DNA of 64,000 nt, from the NCBI GenBank assembly GCA_965655095.1, contig OZ296649.1, forward strand, positions 95,356,001-95,420,000. The letters run 5' to 3'. The position numbers and the translations under genes are program-made. Shown here one piece after another: positions 37,089-48,800 of this stretch. The notes under the pieces were generated by a model, which saw nothing but the letters and a program-made list of their open reading frames with translations, was not told the origin of the DNA and searched no databases. This DNA is from Haplodiscus bocki (taxonomy: Eukaryota). Each line of letters begins with the position of its first letter. The first letter of the stretch is position 1.

Positions 37089-39885
37089 GTGAGGGAATTT
37101 TCAAATGAACCGACCCCACCCATATACACGAATGAAGGTAATAGAATTTTTAGCAAAGACACTGAAACCGGTCGAGAAGGCAACGAATGGATTTTTCACG
37201 GCATTATTCGTTCGCCTAATGAGAACTTTGAGAGTTCAGAGTTTTATTTAGAAACTTTGGGCATTATTAAGCCATCTGTTGTTTGTTTATCGGAAGCATG
37301 GAGATCAATTTTAAACGATTTTCGATTGTCATTTAAACAAATTTCATCCCGGCTTCAATGGAAATGACGTTGTTTTCGTTTATGTTCACGAATCCATCAA
37401 ATATGAGGTAGTAAGCACTAAAGCAAACCTATGTCATAATATCATTAGTGCAAAAAATAAAAACAACCAATATTTTGTTGTGGTTTACATGTACATCTCC
37501 GTCGATCAAACATTCTTTAATATTGAAGGAGATTGAATCGTTACAAACTGACATTTCCAATTCAATCGGGAACCCAGTTTTGATTAGAGGCGCTATGAAT
37601 CTTGAGCTTCGGAAACAAAACAAATTGTCTAATTATACAAAATTATTGCAGTATAACGGATTGTTGCATCCACTAACGACTGCAACACGAGTTGCCATAG
37701 ATTCAGCAACTCTGGTCGATCATGTATTTCATAATCATTTGTTGGATAATCCGGAATGTGTCATACTTGATGCTGGGTTAACTGACGGCTGTGTTAGTTT
37801 CGTGAAACTGTCAACCTATTGTAAAAAATATCATGTTACTGGAACTACATATAATGTTTCTCCTCTTATTTATATTGAAAATGCAAGACAAGCCTTTTTG
37901 GAAAGACTTTCAAAAGAACTGAAAATGCCAACTTCTATGATGATTTTCATGAGCAGTTTGAAATGTTTTTGAACCCATACATTTTAGTATTGAACTATGC
38001 AGTTCTGTGAAAAAACGCAAAAAAAATGTAAATCCCTTGGTTCAGTAGAAGAGGTAATAATGCTATCAGTAAGAAAAGACAGGCACTGAAGCGTTTTTGA
38101 AAAAGACCAACTGCTTCGATTAAAAGCAGACTCCTAAAAAACAATCGAAAGTGAACTAGTCGAAAAAACCAATTGTAATCATTTTTCAAAGGTCCCTTCA
38201 GAATGTATGAAAAAACCAAAAAAGTTTTATAGGACGCTTAACGAAACGACAGGTAAACGACGCGTGAAAACGAATCCGACAATTAATAATGGAAATAAAA
38301 ACAGCAAATATTCCGCTACAGTTTTTGCAGATATGTTCAAAAAAGTTTTCTTGATTGTGCAACTACTGTTGAAAGTCCCACCACACAGGAGCTCGAAGAA
38401 TATAATGAAAATTTTGATAATAATGATGGAGTGCATAAAACTTCAGTTCCCGGGCTTTTTTAGGTTTTAATTGAGTTTCTAAACCTATTTTGTCACGCGG
38501 TTGGTTCCTAAAGTGTCTGAAAGATGCAGTATTATATCCATTAGACAAACCGGGTGACATAATCAACATCAATAACTATAAGTCGGTTTCGAAAAAACCA
38601 GCCATCAGTGAAGTGGTCAAAATAATCATGTATGAACGATTATTTTCAATTTTCGACAAGAAAAATGTGTTTTATTAGAAGCTGTTTGTTTTATGTAGTA
38701 GACGAAGTACTATCAACGCCCTTGTTGAAGTTACAATACAAATTAGGCAAGGGAGTACTGGTACATTTACTTGTAAATTGGTTGATTTGCGTAAAGCATT
38801 TGATTCCAACATTCGTGAAATTTTGTTAAGTAAACTGGAAGGACAAAATGTCAAAAGAAATTGTTTAAATTGTGGCTTGAATCAAATCTAAAAGAACGAC
38901 GTCAGCGTGTTCGAGTGAAAAATGTACTTCCGGGTTTCTTGTACCTGCTGGCAGGAGTGCCGCGAAGCTCTATTCTTGGGCATCTACTGTTTTTTATATA
39001 CATCAGTGGTCTACCAGTTGCTTGTGAATTTCGCAAACCAATTTTTTTGATGACGACACGAATCATTTTCATCGCAAAAATCAAGATGAGTGGTTTTTGA
39101 TAAAAATCTTTTAGGGAAAAGTTCCGAAGTGGTTATCTGTCGATAAACTTGCTCTGGCTATCGATAAAACTCACGCTGTAGGCTTGTTGAAAACTCACGG
39201 CGAAGAGAATCGTTCAACAGATTCCTTTATTGAGTGAAGCACTTGTGTAAAACATCTAAGCGTTTTAATCGATATACCTTCAATTTTTAGTATTCATTTT
39301 GTTGAGGTAGCTAAAAAACTATCAAAACATCATTTAGTTATATCGCGATTGGGACAGTGTGTTAAAAAACCTGTGCTTCTCCAGTATTATAACACTCAAC
39401 TTACACGATTTATTGGAAATGGTCTCCTAATTCACGGCTGTACTTCAAAAACCAGAAGAAAATTTTTTATATTTTACAGAAAAAGATACTACGACAAGTT
39501 TGCTTTAAAGCTCGTTATTATCCATCTACAGAACTTTTTCATGAACTAAATATGTTAAATGTGTATCACTAATATAATGTTGAGCTTCTACTTTTTTCCT
39601 AATACATTTCGTCGTGTGCTAATAACTGAATATCTTAACTCGTTATATGATCCCAAAGTGTTTAACATTCAAACCATAATGTTCAACTTAAACTTTTTTT
39701 TGCCAAATCAACCATGCTCTGTTAGTCATTTTTCTTTGTGTTAACGGGCTGCAAAGCTGATTAATTGCCTCTTAGAAATAATTTTGGGTACGGTTGGTTT
39801 TCCGATAAGAATCAAGCGTAAACCATTAAAACACATGCAATTTGTAATGGTAAGGGATCAGACATCAAATACAAATTTTCAATGA
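37089..39885 (+). mobile_element. Degenerate LINE ORF2 (APE endonuclease + RT; CR1/L2/Crack/Daphne-like), progenitor of the tandem array
   Basis: Endonuclease motifs PSVVCLSEAW and ATRVAIDSATLVDHVF..GLTD; linker KKFYRTLNETTGK; RT motifs NNYKSVS..PAISEV, DLRKAFDS, GVPRSSILGHLLFFIYI and F-D-D-D-T (in place of FADDT). Many stops and frameshifts. Confidence 0.9.
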
Positions 39886-42800
39886 AATTGCTCATCATGG
39901 GCTGTTACTTTATTGTGGTCCTAATTTCATACTTCAGAGAATCCCCTCTGTTGGCGCTAATTGTAATATATATCTACAAAAATTTACTGTTATTTATATA
40001 CTTGAATCTTCTACGATTGTGTTGTTTGTTAATTGCTCCTCATCAGAGAAATTAACTCCATACTTCTAGTCTTATTCCTAACTGTCGGATGTGGCGACTG
40101 CTAGTCCTCCTCAGAAAGTCACACAGTACCGAGGGCCGCAAAATCAGCGATCCCGCTGCGTACTGGCGGTTAGGATCAGAGGGTGTTAATGGCCATAGGA
40201 AGGTAGTTGTTTCATTAAGGGTTTTTTGTATATCCTGCTGAGATGCTGAAATTCATAGGTCAGCTTGATGTAAAAGCCAATTGATCTCAAATCCTGAAAA
40301 ATTATTTGCAAAACGGCTTGAAAATCTCAACAACCAGAAAGCAGATGTCGTTTCTCACGATATTGATAAGTGTTGATGCTTTTGTTTGATGTACGCCTAC
40401 ATGAAAAAATTCATAAGTTGGAACCGGCACGGGAAATACTACTTGGAGAAGTTTTTCAGTCAGTAATTTTTGACTTTTCCAATTGCATGGAAAAATCAAA
40501 AAAGTTCTATAGGACGCTTAACGAAACGACTGGTAAACGAAGCGTGAAAACAAACTGAATAATTCAAAATGAAAAATCAAAAACACCATAAATTCCCGTA
40601 CAGTTATCGCGGAGATGTTCAAAAAAAATTTGTTAACTTTGCAACTACTGTTGAAGGTCCAACCACACAGGAGCTTAAAAAAATATTGAAAACTTTGACA
40701 ATAATGATGGAGTGCATAAAACTTCAGTTCCGGGGCTTTTCCAAGTTTTAATTGAGTTTCTAAACCTATTTTGTCAGGCGGTTGGATCCTAAAGTGTTTA
40801 AAGATTGAAATATTACATCCATTAGACAAGTCGGGTGACATGATGAACGTCAATAAATATAGGTCGGTTTCGGAATTACCAGCAATTAGTGAAGTGTTCG
40901 AGATAATCATATATGAACGATTATTTTCAGTGTTCGACTAGAAGAATATGATTCCTTCGAAGCTGTTTGGTTTTTGTAGTGGACGAAGTACTATCGACGC
41001 TCCTGCTGAAGTTACAAAACAAATTAGGCAAGGGAGTACTGATACATTTACATGTATATTGGTTGATTTGCCTAAAACAATTGTTTCCGTCATTCGCGAA
41101 AATTTTTAAGTAAACTGGAAAAAGATAATGTCAGAAGGAATTGTTTAAATTGTGGCTTGAATCATATTTAAAAGAACGACGTCAGTGTGTTCGAGTAAAA
41201 AATGTACTTCCGGGTTTCTTGTACCTGCTGGCAGGAGTACCGCAAAGCTCTATTCTTGGGCATCTACTGTTTTTCAATTACATCAGTGGTCTACCAGGTG
41301 CTTGTGAATTTCGCAAACCAATTTTTTTGATGACGACACGAATCTTTTTCACCGCAAACATCAAGATGGGTTGTTTTTGATAAAAATCTTTTAGGAAAAA
41401 GTTCCGATGTGGTTATCTGTCGATAAACTTGCTCTGGCTATCGATAAAACTCAAGCTGTAGGCTTTTTGAAAAATCACGGCGAGGAGATTCGTTCAACAG
41501 ATTCCATCTCTGAGCGAAGCAATTAAGTAATACATCTAGGTTTTTTAATCGATAAACCTTTAAACTTTAGTCTTCATTCTGCTGAGGTAGCTAAAAAACT
41601 TCCAAAACATCGTTTAGTAATATTTCGATTAAGAGACTGTGTTAAAACACCTGTGCTTCTCCAGTATTATAATACGCAACTTACACCATTTATTGGATAT
41701 GGTCTCCTAATATATGGCCGTACTTCAAAAACCTGAAAAAAAATTTGCTTATTCTACGGAAAAAGATACTATGACAAATTTGCTTTAAACCTCGTTATTA
41801 CCCATCTACAGAACTTTTTCAGGAACTAACTGTGTTAAATGTGTATGACTATTGTACTGTTGAGCTTCTACTTTTTTCTTGAATCAGTTCGTAGTGTTCG
41901 ACCAACAGAAAAATTATTTCGTTTTATGATCCCAAAGCATCTAATGTTCAAACCAAAAAGACCAACTTGAACTTTTTTGCCAAATCAACCATGCTCTTTT
42001 AGTCATTTTTTTTTGCGTTAACGGGCTGCAAAGCTGATCAATTGCCTCTTAGAAATATTTTTGGGTACGGTTGGTTTTCCGATAAGAATCAAGCGTAAAC
42101 CATTAAAACACATGCAATTTGTAATGGTAAGAGATCAGACATCAAATACAAATTTTCAATGAGATTGCTCATCATGTGCTGTTACTTTATTGTGGTCCTG
42201 ATTTCATACTTCAGAGAGTCCCCTCTGTTGGCGCTATTTGTAATATATATCTACATAAATTTACTGTTATTTATATACTTGAATCTTCTACGATTGTGTT
42301 GTTTGTTAATTGCTCCTCATCAGAGAAATTAACTCCATACTTCTAGTCTTATTCCTAACTGTCGGATGTGGCGACTGCTAGTCCTCCTCAGAAAGTCACA
42401 CAGTACCGAGGGGCGCAAAATCAGCGATCCCGCTGCGTACTGGCGGTTAGGATCAGAGGGTGTTAATGGCCATAGGAAGGTAGTTGTTTCATTAAGGGTT
42501 TTTTGTATATCCTGCTGAGATGCTGAAATTCATAGGTCAGCTTGATGTAAAAGCCAATTGATCTCAAATCCTGAAAAATTATTTGCAAAACGGCTTGAAA
42601 ATCTCAACAACCAGAAAGCAGATGTCGTTTCTCACGATATTGATAAGTGTTGATGCTTTTGTTTGATGTACGCCTACATGAAAAAATTCATAAGTTGGAA
42701 CCGGCACGGGAAATACTACTTGGAGAAGTTTTTCAGTCAGTAATTTTTGACTTTTCCAATTGCATGGAAAAATCAAAAAAGTTCTATAGGACGCTTAACG

Positions 42801-45800
42801 AAACGACTGGTAAACGAAGCGTGAAAACAAACTGAATAATTCAAAATGAAAAATCAAATACACCATAAATTCCCGTACAGATATCGCGCAGATGTTCAAA
42901 AAAAATTTGTTAACTTTGCAACTACTGTTGAAGGTCCAACCACACAGGAGCTTAAAGAAAATATTGAAAACTTTGACAATATTGATGGAGTGCATAAAAC
43001 TTCAGTTCCGGGGCTTTTCCAAGTTTTAATTGAGTTTCTAAACCTATTTTGTCAGGCGGTTGGATCCTAAAGTGTTTAAAGATTGAAATATTACATCCAT
43101 TAGACAAGTCGGGTGACATGATGAACGTCAATAAATATAGGTCGGTTTCGGAATTACCAGCAATTAGTGAAGTGTTCGAGATAATCATATATGAACGATT
43201 ATTTTCAGTGTTCGACTAGAAGAATATGATTCCTTCGAAGCTGTTTGGTTTTTGTAGTGGACGAAGTACTATCGACGCTCCTGTTGAAGTTACAAAACAA
43301 ATTAGGCAAGGGAGTACTGATACATTTACATGTATATTGGTTGATTTGCCTAAAACAATTGTTTCCGTCATTCGCGAAAATTTTTAAGTAAACTGGAAAA
43401 ATATAATGTCAGAAGGAATTGTTTAAATTGTGGCTTGAATCATATTTAAAAGAACGACGTCAGTGTGTTCGAGTAAAAAATGTACTTCCGGGTTTCTTGT
43501 ACCTGCTGGCAGGAGTACCGCAAAGCTCTATTCTTGGGCATCTACTGTTTTTCAATTACATCAGTGGTCTACCAGGTGCTTGTGAATTTCGCAAACCAAT
43601 TTTTTTGATGACGACACGAATCTTTTTCACCGCAAAAATCAAGATGGGTTGTTTTTGATTAAAATCTTTTAGGAAAAAGTTCCGATGTGGTTATCTGTCG
43701 ATAAACTTGCTCTGGCTATCGATAAAACTCGAGCTGTACGCTTTTTGAAAAATCACGGCGAAGAGATTCGTTCAACAGATTCCATCTTTGAGCGAAGCAA
43801 TTAAGTAAAACATCTAGTCTTTTTAATCGATAAACGTTTAAACTTTAGTCTTCATTCTGCTGAGGTAGCTAAAAAACTACCAAAACATCGTTTAATAATT
43901 TTTCGATTAAGACAATGTGTTAAAAAACCTGTGCTTCTCCAGTATTAAAAAACGCACCTCACACCAATTATTGGATATGGTCTCCTAATATATGGCCGTA
44001 CTCCAAAAACCTGAAAAAAAATGGCTTACTTTACGGAAAAAGATACTATGACAAATTTGCTTTAAACCTCGTTATTACCCATCTACAGAACTTTTTCAGG
44101 AACTAACTGTGTTAAATGTGTATGACTATTGTACTGTTGAGCTTCTACGTTTTTCTTGAATCAGTTCGTATTGTTCGACCAACAGGAAATTTAATTCGTT
44201 TTATGATCCCAAAGCATCTAATGTTCAAACCCAAAAGACCAACCTTAACTTTTTTTGCCGAATGAACCATGCTCTTTCAGTCATTTTTCTTTGCGTTACA
44301 GGGCTGCAAAGTTGATCAATTGCCTCTTAGAAACAAGTTTGGGTACGGTTGGTTTTCCGATAAGAATCAAGCGTAAACCATTAAAACACATGCAATTGGT
44401 AATAGTAAGAGATCAGACATCAAATACAAATTTTCAATGAGATTGCTCATCATGTGCTGTTACTTTATTGTGGTCCTGATTTCATACTTCAGAGAGTCCC
44501 CTCTGTTGGCGCTATTTGTAATATATATCTACATAAATTTACTGTTAATTATATACTTGAATCTTCTACGATTGTGTTGTTTGTTAATTGCTCCTCATCA
44601 GAGAAATTGACTCCATACTTCTAGTCTTATTCCTAACTGTCGGATGTGGCGACTGCTAGTCCTCCTCAGAAAGTCACACAGTACCGAGGGCCGCACAATC
44701 AGCGATCCCGCTGCGTACTGGCGGTTAGGATCAGAGGGTGTTAATGGCCATAGGAAGGTAGCTGTTTCATTACGGATATTTTGTATATACTCCTGAGATG
44801 CTGAAATTCAGGAGTCAGCTTGATGTAAAAGCCAATTGATCTCAAATCCTGAAAAATTATTTGCAAAACGGCTTGAAAATCTCAACAACCAGAAAACAGA
44901 CGTCGTTTCTCACGAAATTGATAAGTGTTGATGCTTTTGTTTGATGTTGGCCTACATGAAAAAATTCATAGGTGGGAACCGGCACGGGAAATACTACTTG
45001 GAGAAGTTTTTCAGTCAGTAATTTTTGACTTTTCCAATTGCATGGAAAAATCAAAAAAGTTCTATAGGACGCTCAACGAAACGACTGGTAAACAAAGCGT
45101 GAAAACAAACTGAATAATTCAAAATGAAAAAACAAAAACACCATAAATTCCCGTACAGTTATCGCGGAGATGTTCAAAAAAAATTTGTTAACTTTGCAAC
45201 TACTGTTGAAGGTCCAACCACACAGGAGTTTAAAGAAAATATTGAAAACTTTGACAATAATGATGGAGTGCATAAAACTTCAGTTCCGGGGCTTTTCCAA
45301 GTTTTAATTGAGTTTCTAAACCTATTTTGTCAGGCGGTTGGATCCCAAAGTGTTTAAAGATTGAAATATTACATCCATTAGACAAGTCGGCTGACATGAT
45401 GAACATCAATAAGTATAGGTCGGTTTCGGAATTACCAGCCATTAGTGAAGTGTTCGAGATAATCATATATGAACGATTATTTTCAGTGTTCGACTAGAAG
45501 AAAATGGTTCCTTTGAAGCTGTTTGGTTTTTGTAGTGGACGAAGTACTATCGACGCTCCTGCTGAAGTTACAAAACAAATTAGGCAAGGGAGTACTGATA
45601 CATTTACATGTATATTGGTTGATTTGCCTAAAACAATTGATTCCGTCATTCGTGAAATTTTTAAAGTAAACTGTAAAAATATAATGTCAGAAGGATTTGT
45701 TTCAATTGTGGCTTGAATCATATTTAAAAGAACAACGTCAGTGTGTTCGAGTAAAAAATGTACTTCCGGGCTTCTTGTACCTGATGGTAGGAGTACCGCA

Positions 45801-48800
45801 AAGCTCTATTCTTGGGCATCTACTGTTTTGCAATTACATCAGTGGTCTACCAGGTGCTGGTGAAAATCTCAACCCAATTTTTTTGATGACGACACGAATC
45901 TTTTTTATCGCAAAAATCAGGATGAGTTGTTTTTGATGAAAATCTTTTAGGAAAAAGTTCCGAAGTGGTTATCTGTCGATAAACTTGCTCTGGCTATCGA
46001 TAAAACTCAAGCTGTAGGCTCTTTGAAAAATCACGGCGAAGAGATTCGTTCAACAGATTCCATCTTTGAGCGAAGCAATTAAGTAAAACATCTAGGCTTT
46101 TTATTCGATAAACCTTTAAACTTTAGTCTTCATTCTGCTGAGGTAGCTAAAAAACTACCAAAACATCGTTTAGTAATATTTCGATTAAGACACTGTGTTA
46201 AAAAACCTGTGCTTCTCCAGTATTATAATACGCAACTTACACCATTTATTGGATATGGTCTCCTAATATATGGCCGTACTTCAAAAACTTGAAAAAAATT
46301 TGCTTATTTTACGGAAAAAGATACTATGACAAATTTGATTTAAACCTCGTTATTACCCATCTACAGAACTTTTTCAGGAACTAACTGTGTTAAATGTGTA
46401 TGACTATTGTACTGTTGAGCTTCCACTTTTTTCTTGAATCAGTTCGTAGTGTTCGACCAAAAGAAAATCTTAATTCGTTTTATGATCCCAAATCATCTAA
46501 TGTTCAAACCAAAAAGACCAACTTGAACTTTCTTGCCAAATGAACCATGCTCTTTTAGCCATTTTTCTTTGCGTTACAGGGCTGCAAAGCTGATCAATTG
46601 CCTCTTAGAAACAAGTTTCAGCACAGTTGGTTTTCCGATGAGAATCAAGCGTAAACCATTAAAACACATGCATTTTTTAATAGTAAGAGATCAGACAACA
46701 ATTACAAATTTTCAATGAGATTGCTCATCATGTGCTGTTACTTTATTGTTGTCCTGATTTCATACTTCAGAGGGTGCCCTCTGTTGGTGCTATTTGTAAT
46801 ATATATCTACATATATTTACTGTTTTTTATATACTTGTATTATTCAACGATTGTGTTGTTTGTTAATTGCTCCTCATCAGAGAAATTAACTCCATACTTC
46901 TAGTCTTATTCCTAACTGTCGGATGTGGTGACTGCTAGTCCTCCTCAGAAAGTCACACGGTACCGAGGGCCCCAAAATCAGCGATCCCGCTGCGTACTGG
47001 CGGTTAGGATCAGAGGGTGTTAATGGCCATAGGAAGGTAGCTGTTTCATTAAGGATTTTTTGTATATCCTGCTGAGATGCTGAAATTCATAGGTCAGCTT
47101 GATGTAAAGGCCAATTGATCTCAAATCCTGAAAAATTATTTGCAAAACGGCTTCAAAATCTCAACAACCAGAAAACAGACGTCGTTTCTCACGAAATTGA
47201 TAAGTGTTGATGCTTTTGTTTGATGTTCGCTGACATGAAAAAATTCATAGTTGGGAACCGGCACGGGAAATACTACTTGGAGAAGTTTTTCAGTCAGTAA
47301 TTTTTGACTTTTCCAATTGCATGGAAAAATCAAAAAAGTTCTATAGGACGCTTAACGAAACGACTGGTAAACGAAGCGTGAAAACAAACTGAATAATTCA
47401 AAATGAAAAATCAAAAACACCATAAATTCCCGTACAGTTATCGCGGAGATGTTCAAAAAAACTTGTTAACTTTGCAACTACTGTTGAAGGTCCAACCACA
47501 CAGGAGCTTAAAGAAAATATTGAAAACTTTGACAATAATGATGGAGTGCATAAAACTTCAGTTCCGGGGCTTTTCCAAGTTTTAATTGAGTTTCTAAACC
47601 TATTTTGTCAGGCGGTTGGATCCTAAAGTGTTTAAAGATTGAAATATTACATCCATTAGACAAGTCGGGTGACATGATGAACGTCAATAAGTATAGGTCG
47701 GTTTCGGAATTACCAGCCATTAGTGAAGTGTTCGAGATAATCATATATGAACGATTATTTTCAGTGTTCGACTAGAAGAATATGGTTCCTTCGAAGCTGT
47801 TTGGTTTTTGTAGTGGACGAAGTACTATCGACGCTCCTGCTGAAGTTACGAAACAAATTAGGCAAGGGAGTACTGATACATTTACATGTATATTGGTTGA
47901 TTTGCCTAAAACAATTGATTCCGTCATTCGTGAAATTTTTTAAGTAAACTGTAAAAATATAATGTCAGAAGGAATTGTTTAAATTGTGGCTTGAATCTTA
48001 TTTAAAAGAACGACGTCAGTGTGTTCGAGTAAAAAATGTACTTCCGGGTTTCTTGTACTTGCTGGTAGGAGTACCGCAAAGCTCTATTCTTGGGCATCTA
48101 CTGTTTTTCAATTACATCAGTGGTCTACCAGGTGCTGGTGAAATTCTCAACCCAATTTTTTTGATGACGACACGAATCTTTTTTATCGCAAAGATCAGGA
48201 TGAGTTGTTTTTGACAAAAATCTTTTAGGAAAAAGTTCCGAATTGGTTATATGTCGATAAAATTGCTCTGGCTATCGATAAAACTCACGCTGTAGGCTTG
48301 TTGAAAAATCACGGCGAAGAGAATCGTTCAACAGATTCCTTTATCGAGTGAAGCACTTGTGTAAAACGTCTAAGCATTTTAATCGATATACCTTTAAATT
48401 TTAGTAGTCATTTTGTTGAGGTAGCTAAAAAACTATCAAAACATCATTCAGTTATATCACGATTAGGACACTGTGTTAAAAAACCTGTGCTTCTCCAGTA
48501 TTATAATACGCACCTTACACCATTTATTGGATATGGTCTCCTAATATATGGCCGTACTTCAAAAACCTGAAAAAAATTTGCTTATTTTACGGAAAAAGAT
48601 ACTATGACGAATTTTCTTTAAACCTCGTTCTTACCCATCTACAGAAATTTTTCAGGAACTAACTGTGTTAAATGTGTATGACTATTGTACTGTTGAGCTT
48701 CTCTTTTTTTCTTGAATCAGTTCGTAGTGTTCGACCAACAGAAAATCTTAATTCGTTTTATAATCCCAAAGCATCTAATGTTTAAACCAAAAAACCAACT

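Noticed and set aside
40036-40060. Hammerhead ribozyme (CTGATGAG on the minus strand in each unit)
   Set aside because: No stem II followed by GAAA and no stem I/III pairing could be found around it.
40092-40140. HDV-like ribozyme (CCTCCTC ... CCGAGGG resembles HDV)
   Set aside because: P1, P3 and P1.1 cannot all form in any single unit allele, and no P2 or J4/2 was found. Kept only as a generic structured-RNA candidate.
40186-40293. Minus-strand mini-exon after TTTTTCAG (DLRSIGFYIKL...SYGH*) in each unit
   Set aside because: Only 35 codons, no recognisable domain, and the variation between units is mostly non-synonymous.
40030-40480. snRNA or SL RNA gene in the unit (U6-like CAGAGAAATTA, U5-like GGCTTTTAC, Sm-like AATTTTTGA)
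   Set aside because: The matches are short, mismatched, on different strands, and lack the flanking conserved structure.
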